From: an uncultured Actinomycetota bacterium
GTDB taxonomy: Bacteria; Actinomycetota; Actinomycetes; Propionibacteriales; Nocardioidaceae
Direction of reading: 5' to 3'
Length of the DNA stretch: 64,000 nucleotides
NCBI GenBank assembly: GCA_963710895.1
Contig: CAVQCB010000017.1
Coordinates: 2,516-66,515, forward strand
Shown here: positions 37,362 to 47,887 of the stretch, one piece after another
Layout of the letters: the number at the start of each line of letters is the position of its first letter
Numbering within the stretch: the first letter of the stretch is position 1
Notes under the pieces: model-generated
Told to the model about the DNA's origin: nothing
The model's input: the letters and a program-made list of their open reading frames with translations, nothing else
The model's database searches: none
Translations under genes and position numbers: made by a program

Positions 37362-38000
37362 ATGAGTCCCGCCGCAGCCCGGGCCGCCGGGGGGCCCGCC
37401 GGAGCGCCCGCCGGGGCCGGCACCCCGACGAGGAGCCCCGCGGCCACCCACCGCGACCGCCTGCTGGTGGCCGCGGCCCGGTTCACCGCCGAGCACGGCT
37501 GGGGTGCGCTCACGATGGGCAAGCTCGCCGACCTGGTCGGTGTCAGCCGGCAGACGGTCTACAACGAGATCGGCGGGAAGCCGCAGCTGGCCGAGGCCAT
37601 GGTGATGCGCGAGCTCGACCTGTTCCTCGACCACGTCGACTCGGCGTTCACCGACAACCCCGGCGACCTGGTGGGGGCGATCGAGGCGGCGGCCTTCCGC
37701 GTCCTCGAGCTGGCCCGCACCGACCCGCTGCTGCACGCCATCTTGAGCAGCTCGCAGGGGGCCGACAGCGAGCTGCTCCCGTTGCTGACCACGAACTCCG
37801 AGGGGCTCCTCGAGGCGGCGGGCCAGATGATCCGCACCCACGTGAGGCACTACGACGTCCCTCTGGAGGCGCACCGGCTCGAGGTGCTGATCGACATGGT
37901 GGTGCGCCTGGTGCTCAGCCACGTCATGCAGCCGGCGGGCACGCCGGCCGAGACCGCGGCCACCGTGGCCTGGATGGCGCGGCGGGTGCTCGGCGGCTGA
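37362..38000 (+). CDS. TetR family regulator (AlkX/AlkU-like)
   Basis: LTMGKLADLVGVSRQTVYNEIG; leaderless ATG 7 nt after TAGGCT. Confidence 0.88.
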   Translation: MSPAAARAAGGPAGAPAGAGTPTRSPAATHRDRLLVAAARFTAEHGWGALTMGKLADLVGVSRQTVYNEIGGKPQLAEAMVMRELDLFLDHVDSAFTDNPGDLVGAIEAAAFRVLELARTDPLLHAILSSSQGADSELLPLLTTNSEGLLEAAGQMIRTHVRHYDVPLEAHRLEVLIDMVVRLVLSHVMQPAGTPAETAATVAWMARRVLGG

Positions 38001-38060
38001 ACGCCGAGCCCGAGCGCGACCTCGCGACGCCGTGGGCGCGAGTCTCCAGCAGGAAAACCC

Positions 38061-38088
38061 GATGAGTCTGTCGGCCCCGGCTGGTCTA
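38061..38088 (+). promoter_or_regulatory. Candidate ECF-type promoter upstream of the DrrAB-like operon
   Basis: GATGAGT...GGTCTA; resembles a motif I recall upstream of actinobacterial efflux genes (not verifiable here). Confidence 0.3.
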
Positions 38089-38174
38089 CTCGGGTCCACG
38101 GGTTCGACAGCGCGCGTCCGATCTCGACGTCGCGTCGCTGGTGGACCTCGAAGATCGCCAGAGAGAGGGAGCCG

Positions 38175-39241
<1,067 letters not shown>

Positions 39242-39245
<4 letters not shown>

Positions 39246-40003
39246 GCTTCGTGCGAGAGTCGATGATCGTCTTCCGGCGCCAGGTGCGGATGAACCTGCG
39301 CAACCCCGCCTGGGTGTTCATCGGGGTGATGCAGCCGGTGCTCTACCTGGTGCTGTTCGGCCCGCTGCTCAAGCCGATCGTGGACACCTTCCCCGGCGGT
39401 GCGGACAACGCCTACACCTTCCTGGTGCCCGGGCTGCTGGTGCAGCTGGGCATGTTCGGTGCCTTCTTCGCCGGCTTCGGCCTGATCGGGGAGTGGCGCG
39501 AGGGCGTGATCGAGGCCGAGCGGGTCACTCCGGCCAACCGCACCGCCCTGCTCGTCGGCCGCCTGACCCGCGACGTGGCCCAGCTGTTCGTGCAGGCGGT
39601 GATCCTGGTCTCGCTCGGCTGGGTGATGGGGATGCGGGCCTCGGCCTCGGGCGTGGTGATCGGGGTCGCCCTGACCCTTCTCGTCGGTGGGGCCTGCGCC
39701 GCCGCCTCCAACGCCCTGGCCCTGACGACCAAGAGCGAGGACGTGATGGCGCCGGTGATCAACATGGTGATGATGCCGGTGCTGCTCCTCTCCGGGATCC
39801 TGCTGCCGATGACGCTGGGTCCCGGCTGGCTCCAGCGGGTGAGCGACTTCATGCCGTTCCGCTGGATCGTCGACGGCGTGCGCGACACCTTCGGTGGCGA
39901 GCTGGACACCAGCGGGTTGCTGTGGGGCACCACGTGGGCGGTGGTGCTCTTCGGGCTCGCCCTGTGGTGGGGCACGGCAGTCTTCCGCAAGGAGAACGCC
40001 TGA
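39242..40003 (+). CDS. ABC-2 type permease (DrrB-like)
   Basis: About 6 TM; LLLSGILLP; GTGA overlap. Confidence 0.9.
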
Positions 40004-40022
40004 GCAGTGCGCCCCGGGGTGC

Positions 40023-41051
40023 TCAGGGCAGCCGCAGGGTCAGCACCGGGGTCCGGTCGCTGCCCGGGGCGCTGACGGCCCGGGACACGCACGTGCACAG
40101 CTGGCCGCCGGCCTCCTGCTGGCGGCGGCTGAAGAACACGTCGCGGTGGTCGACCGCGCCCTCCACGTCCTCGACCTCGACCCGGCACAGTCCGCACTCG
40201 CCCTTGCGGCAGTCATACATCAGCTGCGCCCCGGTCTCGGCCAGGGTCTCGGCCAGCGCCTCCAGCATCGTGTGCCGGGAGTCGACCAGGGTCTCGATGC
40301 CCAGCTGCGGGATCCGCACCACGAAGTCCTGCGGGTCGAACCAGCCGCTGTTGCCGAAGGTCTCGTAGCGCAGGTTGGCCGGGGAGAGCTCGGTGGCCTC
40401 CCAGGCGCGGCGTACGCCGTCCATCAGCCGGATCGGGCCGCACATGTAGAGCTCGGTCGCCCCGCCCGCGGGGTCGGCGGCGATCGAGCCCACCAGGGCC
40501 TCGACGTCCAGGGGCGTGCCCTCGTCGTCGACGTGCACGCACACCCGGTCCCCGTGCAGGTCCTCGAGCTGGTCGAGGTAGGCCATCAGCTCGCGGCTGC
40601 GGCCCACGTAGACCAGCCGGTAGTCGGCCTGCACCGAGCGCAGCACCCGCGCGGCCTCCACGATCGCGGTGATCCCGATCCCGCCGGCGAGGAGCACGTA
40701 GCGGGGGGCGCCGATGCGCAGCGGGAAGTTCTGCAGCGGCTGCGTGGTCTCCAGGGCGTCGCCCACGGCGAGCCCGTGCAGGTACGCCGACCCGCCGCGC
40801 GAGTCGCGCACCCGGAGGACGGTGATGCTCAGCCGGCTTCCGTCCGCGTTGGACTCCACCACGCTGTAGGAGCGGGTGTCGGTGCGCCGGTCGCCGGGTG
40901 GGCCGATCGGCACCCGGACGTCGAGGTGCGTGCCCGGTGCGGCCCGCCGGCTGGGCGGTCGCTCGATGGTGACCCGCCGCGCGGTGCGGGTGAGCGGCAC
41001 CGACTCCACCACCCGGCCAGCTCGCCAGTCGGGCTGCCCGTGCGTGCTCAC
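40023..41051 (-). CDS. vanB: PDR/VanB-family reductase
   Basis: RSYS, GGIGIT, YMCGP, CRKGECGLC...C [2Fe-2S]. Confidence 0.9.
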   Translation of the reverse strand: MSTHGQPDWRAGRVVESVPLTRTARRVTIERPPSRRAAPGTHLDVRVPIGPPGDRRTDTRSYSVVESNADGSRLSITVLRVRDSRGGSAYLHGLAVGDALETTQPLQNFPLRIGAPRYVLLAGGIGITAIVEAARVLRSVQADYRLVYVGRSRELMAYLDQLEDLHGDRVCVHVDDEGTPLDVEALVGSIAADPAGGATELYMCGPIRLMDGVRRAWEATELSPANLRYETFGNSGWFDPQDFVVRIPQLGIETLVDSRHTMLEALAETLAETGAQLMYDCRKGECGLCRVEVEDVEGAVDHRDVFFSRRQQEAGGQLCTCVSRAVSAPGSDRTPVLTLRLP

Positions 41052-42199
41052 GACCTGCTCAACGCCTCACCGGAGGACCGCTCGGGGCCGAGCGCGCCCG
41101 CGGCGCCGGCGCCGCCGCGCCCCTCGGCCTCCAGCATCTCCTCGAGGATGCGGCGCACCCACATCCCGCCGGCGTCGATGCTCAGGCTGTAGAACTCGTG
41201 CTCGGGGTTCGCGTCGATCGCGGCCTGCTGCGCGGTGAGCATCTCCTCGTCCTCGGCGAAGACACCGCGCACGCCCTCGCGCAGCTGGGTGGTGATCAGC
41301 TGGCTGTCGAGCCGGTAGTTGCGCATGAACGCCCAGAAGTAGTGGCAGCTGCGCTCGGTCTCCGGGGTGATCGTGTTCATCACGTAGCCGTTCACGCCCT
41401 GAGAGCGGTCCCCCTCCGGTGCCCCGGTCCCGGCGGGGGCCACGCCCACGTCGATGCAGATCGTGGCGGGTGCGTAGTAGTGGATGATCTGCCAGCGGTC
41501 GACCCGGCCCTCGAAGTCGGGGAACCTGTCGCGCATGTTCTTCGCCCAGAACGGTGGCGGCTCCACGTCGTAGATCCAGCGCTCGACGGTGACGCTGCCG
41601 TCCTCCTCGCGCCGGGTGTGGAAGTCCGACCCGCTCAGCTCGGCCTGGCCGAGGCTGGCCCCGTGCACGAACTCCTCGTGGGTGAGGTCCATCAGGTTGT
41701 CCAGCACCAGCTGGTAGTTGCACGGCGCCTCGATGGTCAGGCCGTCGCCGGCCCACTCCTCGGAGTCCATCTGGTGCATGTCCGGGATCAGGTCCGGGTC
41801 GGCGAGCGTCATGTCGCCGGGCCAGACCCACAGGTAGCGGTGGCGCTCGACCACGGGGTAGGAGGACACCATCGCGCTGGGGTTCACCGTCTCCTGGGCC
41901 GGCATGTGGGTGCACCGGCCGGCGGAGTTGTACTCCAGCCCGTGGTAGGGGCACTGCACCCCCTCGTCGCCGACCAGCTTGCCCATCGAGAGCGGGGCGA
42001 GCCGGTGCCAGCAGGCGTCGGCCAGGGCGACCGGACGGCCGTCCGCGGTGCGGTAGAGCGCCATCGGCAGGTCGGCCACGGTCCGGGCGAGGAGACCCTG
42101 GCGGTTCACCTCGTGGTCCCAGGCCACGGCGTACCAGGCGTTGCGGGGGTGCGGGAAGATCTTCGCGGTCACGCTGCCGCTGGGCTTGAGGGTCATCAC
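41048..42199 (-). CDS. vanA: Rieske vanillate O-demethylase oxygenase subunit
   Basis: CWH...CPYH Rieske motif, DNLMDLTHEEFVH; closely resembles actinobacterial VanA as recalled. Confidence 0.88.
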   Translation of the reverse strand: MMTLKPSGSVTAKIFPHPRNAWYAVAWDHEVNRQGLLARTVADLPMALYRTADGRPVALADACWHRLAPLSMGKLVGDEGVQCPYHGLEYNSAGRCTHMPAQETVNPSAMVSSYPVVERHRYLWVWPGDMTLADPDLIPDMHQMDSEEWAGDGLTIEAPCNYQLVLDNLMDLTHEEFVHGASLGQAELSGSDFHTRREEDGSVTVERWIYDVEPPPFWAKNMRDRFPDFEGRVDRWQIIHYYAPATICIDVGVAPAGTGAPEGDRSQGVNGYVMNTITPETERSCHYFWAFMRNYRLDSQLITTQLREGVRGVFAEDEEMLTAQQAAIDANPEHEFYSLSIDAGGMWVRRILEEMLEAEGRGGAGAAGALGPERSSGEALSRS

Positions 42200-42261
42200 T
42201 CACTCCGGTGGTTGGCGGTGCCTCGGACCCTGCCCGGCCGGGAGTGACCTGGAACACCCGA

Positions 42262-42278
42262 CTTCCGTTGTGCGGAAG
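42262..42278. promoter_or_regulatory. Candidate IclR operator
   Basis: CTTCCG-TTGTG-CGGAAG between vanA and the divergent IclR gene. Confidence 0.55.
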
Positions 42279-42302
42279 GGGACTGCATGGTTGGCTCGCG
42301 AG

Positions 42303-43175
42303 GTGAGTCCCGACCCGCGGCGCGACGCCAGCGCCACCGTGAGCAGCCGGCTGCTGCACCTGCTCGACCTGTTCACCGCCGAGCAGCCCCGCCTCTCGCT
42401 CTCGCAGATGAGTCGGCTCGCCGGGATGCCGTTGAGCACCACCCACCGCCTCGTCGGGGAGCTGGCGGACTGGGGTGCGCTCGAACGCGGCGGTGACGGG
42501 CGCTACCGGGTCGGGCTGAAGCTCTGGGAGCTGGGCTCGCTCGCGCCGCGCGGGCTCCCGCTGCGCGAGGTGGCGCTGCCGGTGATGGAGGACCTCTACG
42601 AGGCGACCCACGAGAACGTGCAGCTCTCCGTGCTCGAGGGCGGCGAGGTGGTCTACGTCGAGCGCCTGGCCGGGCGGGACGCCGTACGCACGCTGGTGCG
42701 GGTGGGTGGCCGGTTCGCCATGCACGCCACCGCCGGCGGCCTGGTGCTCCTGGCGCACGCCCAGCGCGAGCTGCAGGAGGAGGTGCTGGGCTCGCCGCTG
42801 GAGGCGTTCACCGAGCTGACCGTCACCGATCCGGCCCGCCTGCGCCGGATGCTGGCCGAGGTCCGCCGGCGCGGCTACTCCCTCAGCGACCGCCAGGTGA
42901 CCCTGGACGCCCTCTCGGTCGGTGCCCCCGTGCTGGGGCCCGGCGACGAGGTGGTGGCGGCACTGTCGGTGGTCGTGGCCCACGACGGGTCCCGGCCACG
43001 CGAGCTGGTGGCGTTGGTGCGCGCGGCCGCGCGCGGGATCTCGCGCCTGCTCGGATCGCCGCGGTCGCGCAGCAGCACCACGGTGCTCCGGCTCCCCGAG
43101 AGCGAGGCGACCCGGGACCCCTCGGCGCCGACCGAGCTGGACGACGCCGAGACCCCGGGTGGGCAGGGCGGTTAG
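42303..43175 (+). CDS. IclR family regulator
   Basis: SLSQMSRLAGMPLSTTHRL HTH; HATAGG; GAF-like effector domain. Confidence 0.9.
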   Translation: MSPDPRRDASATVSSRLLHLLDLFTAEQPRLSLSQMSRLAGMPLSTTHRLVGELADWGALERGGDGRYRVGLKLWELGSLAPRGLPLREVALPVMEDLYEATHENVQLSVLEGGEVVYVERLAGRDAVRTLVRVGGRFAMHATAGGLVLLAHAQRELQEEVLGSPLEAFTELTVTDPARLRRMLAEVRRRGYSLSDRQVTLDALSVGAPVLGPGDEVVAALSVVVAHDGSRPRELVALVRAAARGISRLLGSPRSRSSTTVLRLPESEATRDPSAPTELDDAETPGGQGG

Positions 43176-43218
43176 GCTCGTCGAGGGGCCGGGCGATGCC
43201 GGCGGGAGTGGGAAACCG

Positions 43219-44505
43219 ATGAGTGCCAGGACGAGTGCGTTGCGAGCAGCCGCGTGTGCGGTGCTGCTGCTCGTCTCGGCCTGCGGCACCCTCCAGCGGC
43301 ACTCCGACGGGGCCGCCACGGGGGCCAGCAAGGTGGAGGCCGGAGGCAAGGCCGGCGACACCTCCGGTGACACCTCCGGCTCGAAGTCCGGCTCGAAGTC
43401 CGGTGACGGTGCGGGCGCGGGCAGCAAGGCCAAGCAGGTCAGTGACGACGTCGCCATCGACCCGCCGGCGAAGCTCACCAAGCCGCTGCTGTCCTCCGAC
43501 GTGCTCATCTACAGCCAGAACACCCTCGCGAAGAGCACCATCTCCAAGATCGCGAAGATCAAGGGCGTGCAGACCGTGGAGCCGATCTCGATGGGCTCGT
43601 TCTTCGTCGAGCAGCAGGAGGTCACCTACGCCGCGGTGGACCCGGCCACCTTCCGTCGCTTCACCCCGCCGGGGACCGCCCAGACCAAGGCGGTCTGGGA
43701 CCGCGTCGCGGGTGGCGAGATGGCGGTCGATCCGGGCATCGCCCGCAAGCTGGAGCAGAAGGACGGCTACATGCGGCTCGGCAACGAGACCGACGCCGAC
43801 CTGATCCACATCGGCGCCTACGCACAGATCCTGAACCCGACGCTGGCCCGACGCATCGACGCGGTCGTGAACTACAAGTGGGTCAAGAAGCTCGGCATGC
43901 GCCGGGACAACGCGATGCTGGTCGCCATGGGCTCGCGCTCGCCGCAGAGCATCCGCAAGCAGCTGCAGAAGTACGCCGGGAAGAAGGCCAGCGTCCAGAT
44001 CCTCGGGCCCGACCTCGACATCGGCGCCACCCAGACCGCCTTCCTCACCGGCGGCAGCGTCGCGGCAGCGGTGGGCTCGTTCAGCTACAGCACCAACCCG
44101 AGCGGCACGATCAACCCGCAGAAGAGCTGGGTCACGACCAACATCCGTCGCGAGCGGGTGCCGATCCTGGGCGAGGTGACCTGCCACAAGGTGATGCTGG
44201 CCCAGCTGAAGGCGGCGCTGAACGAGATCGTCACCAGCCACCTGGCCGACAAGATCCACCAGGACCAGTACGGCGGCTGCTACTACCCGCGCTTCATCGC
44301 CTACGACCCGTCCAAGGGGCTGAGCTTCCACTCCTACGGCACCGCGATCGACCTCAACGTCCCCGGCAACCTGCGCGGCACGCGTGGGGAGATGGACCGC
44401 CGGGTGGTGGCGATCTTCAAGAAGTGGGGCTTCGCCTGGGGTGGTGACTGGCACTACACCGACCCGATGCACTTCGAGCTCGCCAAGCTCGTCGAGGCCC
44501 GCTGA
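43219..44505 (+). CDS. Lipoprotein with C-terminal M15-family peptidase domain
   Basis: Lipobox VSAC; SFHSYGTAIDLN, FAWGGDW, DPMHFE. Confidence 0.85.
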   Translation: MSARTSALRAAACAVLLLVSACGTLQRHSDGAATGASKVEAGGKAGDTSGDTSGSKSGSKSGDGAGAGSKAKQVSDDVAIDPPAKLTKPLLSSDVLIYSQNTLAKSTISKIAKIKGVQTVEPISMGSFFVEQQEVTYAAVDPATFRRFTPPGTAQTKAVWDRVAGGEMAVDPGIARKLEQKDGYMRLGNETDADLIHIGAYAQILNPTLARRIDAVVNYKWVKKLGMRRDNAMLVAMGSRSPQSIRKQLQKYAGKKASVQILGPDLDIGATQTAFLTGGSVAAAVGSFSYSTNPSGTINPQKSWVTTNIRRERVPILGEVTCHKVMLAQLKAALNEIVTSHLADKIHQDQYGGCYYPRFIAYDPSKGLSFHSYGTAIDLNVPGNLRGTRGEMDRRVVAIFKKWGFAWGGDWHYTDPMHFELAKLVEAR

Positions 44506-44596
44506 GGTCCGCTCCGCGCGGGGGCCCCCCGCGTCACCGGACCCCTGTCCCGCGACCGTGACATCACCACTGTCACGGTCTGGCATGGTACTCAGC

Positions 44597-45574
44597 ATGC
44601 GCGCACTCCAGGTCTCCCGTCTCGAAGGTCCCTCCGCCGTCAGCGTCGAGGAGGTGCCGGAGCCGGGCGCCGAGGGCCCGTTCGGCCCCCAGCTGCTCGT
44701 CGAGGTCCACGCCGTCGGCATCTCCTTCCCGGACCTGCTGATGAGCAAGGGCGAGTACCAGCTCAAGCCGGACCTGCCGTTCACCCTCGGCGTCGACTTC
44801 GCCGGCGAGGTGCGGTCCGCGCCGGACGGCTCCGGGTTCGCCGCGGGCGACCGCGTGGCCGCCGTCCTCGGCCACGGAGGTGCCGCCGACGTCGTCGGGC
44901 TCGGTCCCGACAGCGTCTTCCCGCTGCCGGACGCGCTGAGCTTCGAGCAGGGCGCGGCGCTGCCGATGAACTACCTCACCGCCCAGTTCGCCCTCGCCGA
45001 GCGCGGTCACCTGCGCGAGGGCGAGACTGTGCTGGTGCACGGCGCGGCCGGCGGCGTCGGGACCGCCACGCTCCAGGTCGCGAAGGGGTACGGCGCCAGG
45101 ACCATCGCCGTGGTCTCCACCGAGGAGAAGGCCGCGATGGCGCGCCGGGCCGGTGCCGACGAGGTCGTCGGCGTCGACGGGTTCCGCGAGGCGGTCCAGG
45201 ACCTGACCGGTGGCGTCGGTGTCGACGTCGTGATGGACGTCGTCGGTGGTGACCTGATGACCGACTCGCTGCGCTCGCTGGCTCCCCAGGGTCGGCTGCT
45301 GGTGGTGGGCTTCGCCGCAGGAGCCATTCCCGCGGTCAAGGTCAACCGGTTGCTGCTGAACAACGTCGACGTGCGCGGCGTCGGGTGGGGTGCCTACGCG
45401 ATGGCCCGCCCGGGCTACATGCGCCGGCAGTGGGAGGAGCTGGTGCCGATGATGGAGTCGGGGGTGATCGACCCTCCGATCGGTGCCACCTACCCGCTCG
45501 CGGAGTTCGGCCGCGCGCTGCAGGACATGGAGGAGCGACGCACCCTCGGCAAGTCCGTGGTCACCCTGCGCTGA
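44597..45574 (+). CDS. NADPH:quinone oxidoreductase (MDR/zeta-crystallin family)
   Basis: VLVHGAAGGVG, VGFAAG, GKSVVT. Confidence 0.9.
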   Translation: MRALQVSRLEGPSAVSVEEVPEPGAEGPFGPQLLVEVHAVGISFPDLLMSKGEYQLKPDLPFTLGVDFAGEVRSAPDGSGFAAGDRVAAVLGHGGAADVVGLGPDSVFPLPDALSFEQGAALPMNYLTAQFALAERGHLREGETVLVHGAAGGVGTATLQVAKGYGARTIAVVSTEEKAAMARRAGADEVVGVDGFREAVQDLTGGVGVDVVMDVVGGDLMTDSLRSLAPQGRLLVVGFAAGAIPAVKVNRLLLNNVDVRGVGWGAYAMARPGYMRRQWEELVPMMESGVIDPPIGATYPLAEFGRALQDMEERRTLGKSVVTLR

Positions 45575-45578
45575 ACCG

Positions 45579-45603
45579 GTTTGCCGCCGGCACCGTTGGG
45601 CAC
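45579..45603 (+). promoter_or_regulatory. SigF/SigB-like stress promoter
   Basis: GTTT-N15-GGGCAC 10 nt upstream of the HAD start. Confidence 0.6.
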
Positions 45604-45613
45604 GGGTGCAGCG

Positions 45614-46342
45614 ATGACTGACTCCCGCACCGACCCCGACAACGGCCCCGACAGCGGCCCCGACAGCGGCCCCGAGCCCGGACCCGAGCCCGGGCCGGCC
45701 GCTGTGCTGTTCGACATCGACGGCACCCTGGTCGACTCGACCTACCACCACGCCATCGCCTGGCAGCGGGCCTTCGACCGCCACGACGTGCCGATCCCGC
45801 TGTGGCGGATCCACCGGCGCATCGGGATGGGAGGCGACAAGCTGGTGCCCGACGTCGCCGGCGACGACGTCGAGCAGCGCCTCGGTGACGCGCTGCGCGA
45901 CGCCTGGCGCGAGGAGTATCTCGAGCTCAAGACCGAGGTCGACCCCCTGCCGGGTGCTGCGGACGTGATCCGCCGGCTCGCCGCCGACGGCTATCGCGTG
46001 GCGCTCGCCTCCTCCGGAGATCCGCAGTTCGCCGAGGAGGCGCTCGACGACCTCGACATCCGGGATGCGGTCGCCGTGCTGAAGACCTCGAGCGACGTGG
46101 ACGGCTCCAAGCCCGAGCCGGACCTCGTCCAGGTGACGCTGGACGCCCTCGGCACCACCCGCGGGGTCCTGGTCGGGGACACGCCCTACGACGCCGAGTC
46201 CGCCGGACGCGCCGGCCTGCCCTGCATCGGTCTCCGCTCGGGCGGGTACAGCGAGGCCGAGCTCGTGGAGGCGGGGGCCGTCCTCGTCGTCGACACCCCC
46301 GAGGACCTGCTCGACCTGGACTGGGAGAGCTACCTCTCCTGA
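45614..46342 (+). CDS. HAD-superfamily hydrolase
   Basis: FDIDGTLVDS, KPEPD, VGDTPYD; N-terminal 12-bp repeats (PDSG/PEPG). Confidence 0.9.
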   Translation: MTDSRTDPDNGPDSGPDSGPEPGPEPGPAAVLFDIDGTLVDSTYHHAIAWQRAFDRHDVPIPLWRIHRRIGMGGDKLVPDVAGDDVEQRLGDALRDAWREEYLELKTEVDPLPGAADVIRRLAADGYRVALASSGDPQFAEEALDDLDIRDAVAVLKTSSDVDGSKPEPDLVQVTLDALGTTRGVLVGDTPYDAESAGRAGLPCIGLRSGGYSEAELVEAGAVLVVDTPEDLLDLDWESYLS

Positions 46343-46352
46343 GAGGAGACAC

Positions 46353-47339
46353 ATGACCGACTTCGGCTACACCCTGATGACCGAGCAGACCGGGCCCCGT
46401 GAGCTCGTCGACCACGCCGTCCGCGCCGAGGGCGCAGGCTTCGACTTCGAGGTGATGAGCGACCACTACTTCCCGTGGCTCTCGGCGCAGGGTCATGCGC
46501 CGTACGCCTGGTCGGTGCTCGGCGCCGTCGCCCATGCGACCGAGCGGGTGGGGCTGATGACCTACGTGACCTGCCCGACGATCCGCTACCACCCGGCGGT
46601 CGTGGCCCAGAAGGCCGCCACGCTGCAGCTGCTCGCCGAGGGGCGCTTCACCCTCGGCCTGGGCAGCGGGGAGAACCTCAACGAGCACGTCGTCGGCGCC
46701 AGGTGGCCGGCCCTCAGCGACCGGCACGGCATGCTCTGCGAGGCGATCGAGATCATCCGCAAGCTGCACGCCGGCGGACTGGTCGACCACCGGGGCGAGT
46801 ACTTCCAGGTGGACTCCGCGCGCATCTGGGACCTTCCCGAGGAGGGCGTCGAGATCGCGGCGGCCGTGGGCGGCGGCCGGGCCGTCGGCGAGATCGCCCC
46901 GCTGGCCGACCACCTGGTCTCGACCGAGCCGGACGGGGACCTCGTCTCTGCCTGGAACGATGCCGACGGTGCCCCCCGGATCGGTGACAAGGCCCGCGCC
47001 GTGGGGCAGATCCCGATCTGCTGGGACCCCGACCGGGACGCGGCGGTGGCGCGCGCCCACGAGCAGTTCCGCTGGTTCGCCGGCGGCTGGACGGTCAACG
47101 CCGACCTGCCGACGACGGCCGGTTTCGCCGGCGCGACGCAGTACGTCCGCCCCGAGGACGTGGCCGCGTCGATCCCGTGCGGCCCCGACCTCGACGCGAT
47201 CGTGGAGAGCGTCCGGCCCTTCTGGGAGGCGGGGTTCACCGACGTCGCGCTGGTGCAGATCGGCGGCGAGACCCAGGAGCAGTTCCTCGCCGAGGCGGCC
47301 ACGCCGCTGCTGGAGAGGCTGCGCGAGGCCGCACCCTAG
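46353..47339 (+). CDS. F420-dependent LLM-class oxidoreductase (TIGR03557-like)
   Basis: FGYTLMTEQ, SDHYFPW, TYVTCP, GSGENLNEH. Confidence 0.9.
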   Translation: MTDFGYTLMTEQTGPRELVDHAVRAEGAGFDFEVMSDHYFPWLSAQGHAPYAWSVLGAVAHATERVGLMTYVTCPTIRYHPAVVAQKAATLQLLAEGRFTLGLGSGENLNEHVVGARWPALSDRHGMLCEAIEIIRKLHAGGLVDHRGEYFQVDSARIWDLPEEGVEIAAAVGGGRAVGEIAPLADHLVSTEPDGDLVSAWNDADGAPRIGDKARAVGQIPICWDPDRDAAVARAHEQFRWFAGGWTVNADLPTTAGFAGATQYVRPEDVAASIPCGPDLDAIVESVRPFWEAGFTDVALVQIGGETQEQFLAEAATPLLERLREAAP

Positions 47340-47395
47340 GCTGCATCCTGGACCGGGGTCGGACCACCGGTCCGGGTCGAGGGCGCGGCCACCCC

Positions 47396-47420
47396 GTTTG
47401 AGTCCGGCCGCACTGGCTAC
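47396..47420 (+). promoter_or_regulatory. SigF/SigB-like stress promoter
   Basis: GTTT-N15-GGCTAC. Confidence 0.5.
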
Positions 47421-47485
47421 AGCAACGGTGTGGACATCGAGACAGAACTGACCTGTGCCTGCCCGCTGCTGTCCGGGGGACCGCG

Positions 47486-47887
47486 ATGAGGGCGGTGGAC
47501 GGCGTGCGCCTGGGCGCCGGGGTCGCGCTGCTGGTCTCGCCCGCCCCCGTGGCCCGGTGGGTGCACGGCGAGCCCAGCACCGCCGTACGCCGGGGCGTGC
47601 GCGTGCTGGGCGCGCGCTACGTGGTCGAGACCGCGGTGAACCTCGGCCCGGCCGGGCACCTGCCCTGGACCAGTGACCTGATCGACGTGGTGCACGCGGC
47701 CAGCATGCTCGGGCTCGCGGGGGTCTCGCGCCGCTACCGCCGGACCGCGCTGACCAGCGCCGCGGTGGCAGTGGCGTTCGCGGTCGCCGACCGCGCCACG
47801 CAGGTCGAGCACCGTTCTGGACACCGTTCTGGACACCGTTCTGGGCAACCGGCCGGGTCCGGCGCGAACGCAGGAGGCACCCGATGA
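47486..47887 (+). CDS. Hypothetical membrane protein
   Basis: VLGARYVVE, DVVHAASML; coupled to the next gene by ATGA. Confidence 0.65.
   Translation: MRAVDGVRLGAGVALLVSPAPVARWVHGEPSTAVRRGVRVLGARYVVETAVNLGPAGHLPWTSDLIDVVHAASMLGLAGVSRRYRRTALTSAAVAVAFAVADRATQVEHRSGHRSGHRSGQPAGSGANAGGTR

Noticed and set aside
41067-44784. 813-aa and 633-aa minus-strand ORFs
   Set aside because: They overlap well-supported vanA, IclR and M15 genes and carry no recognisable motifs.
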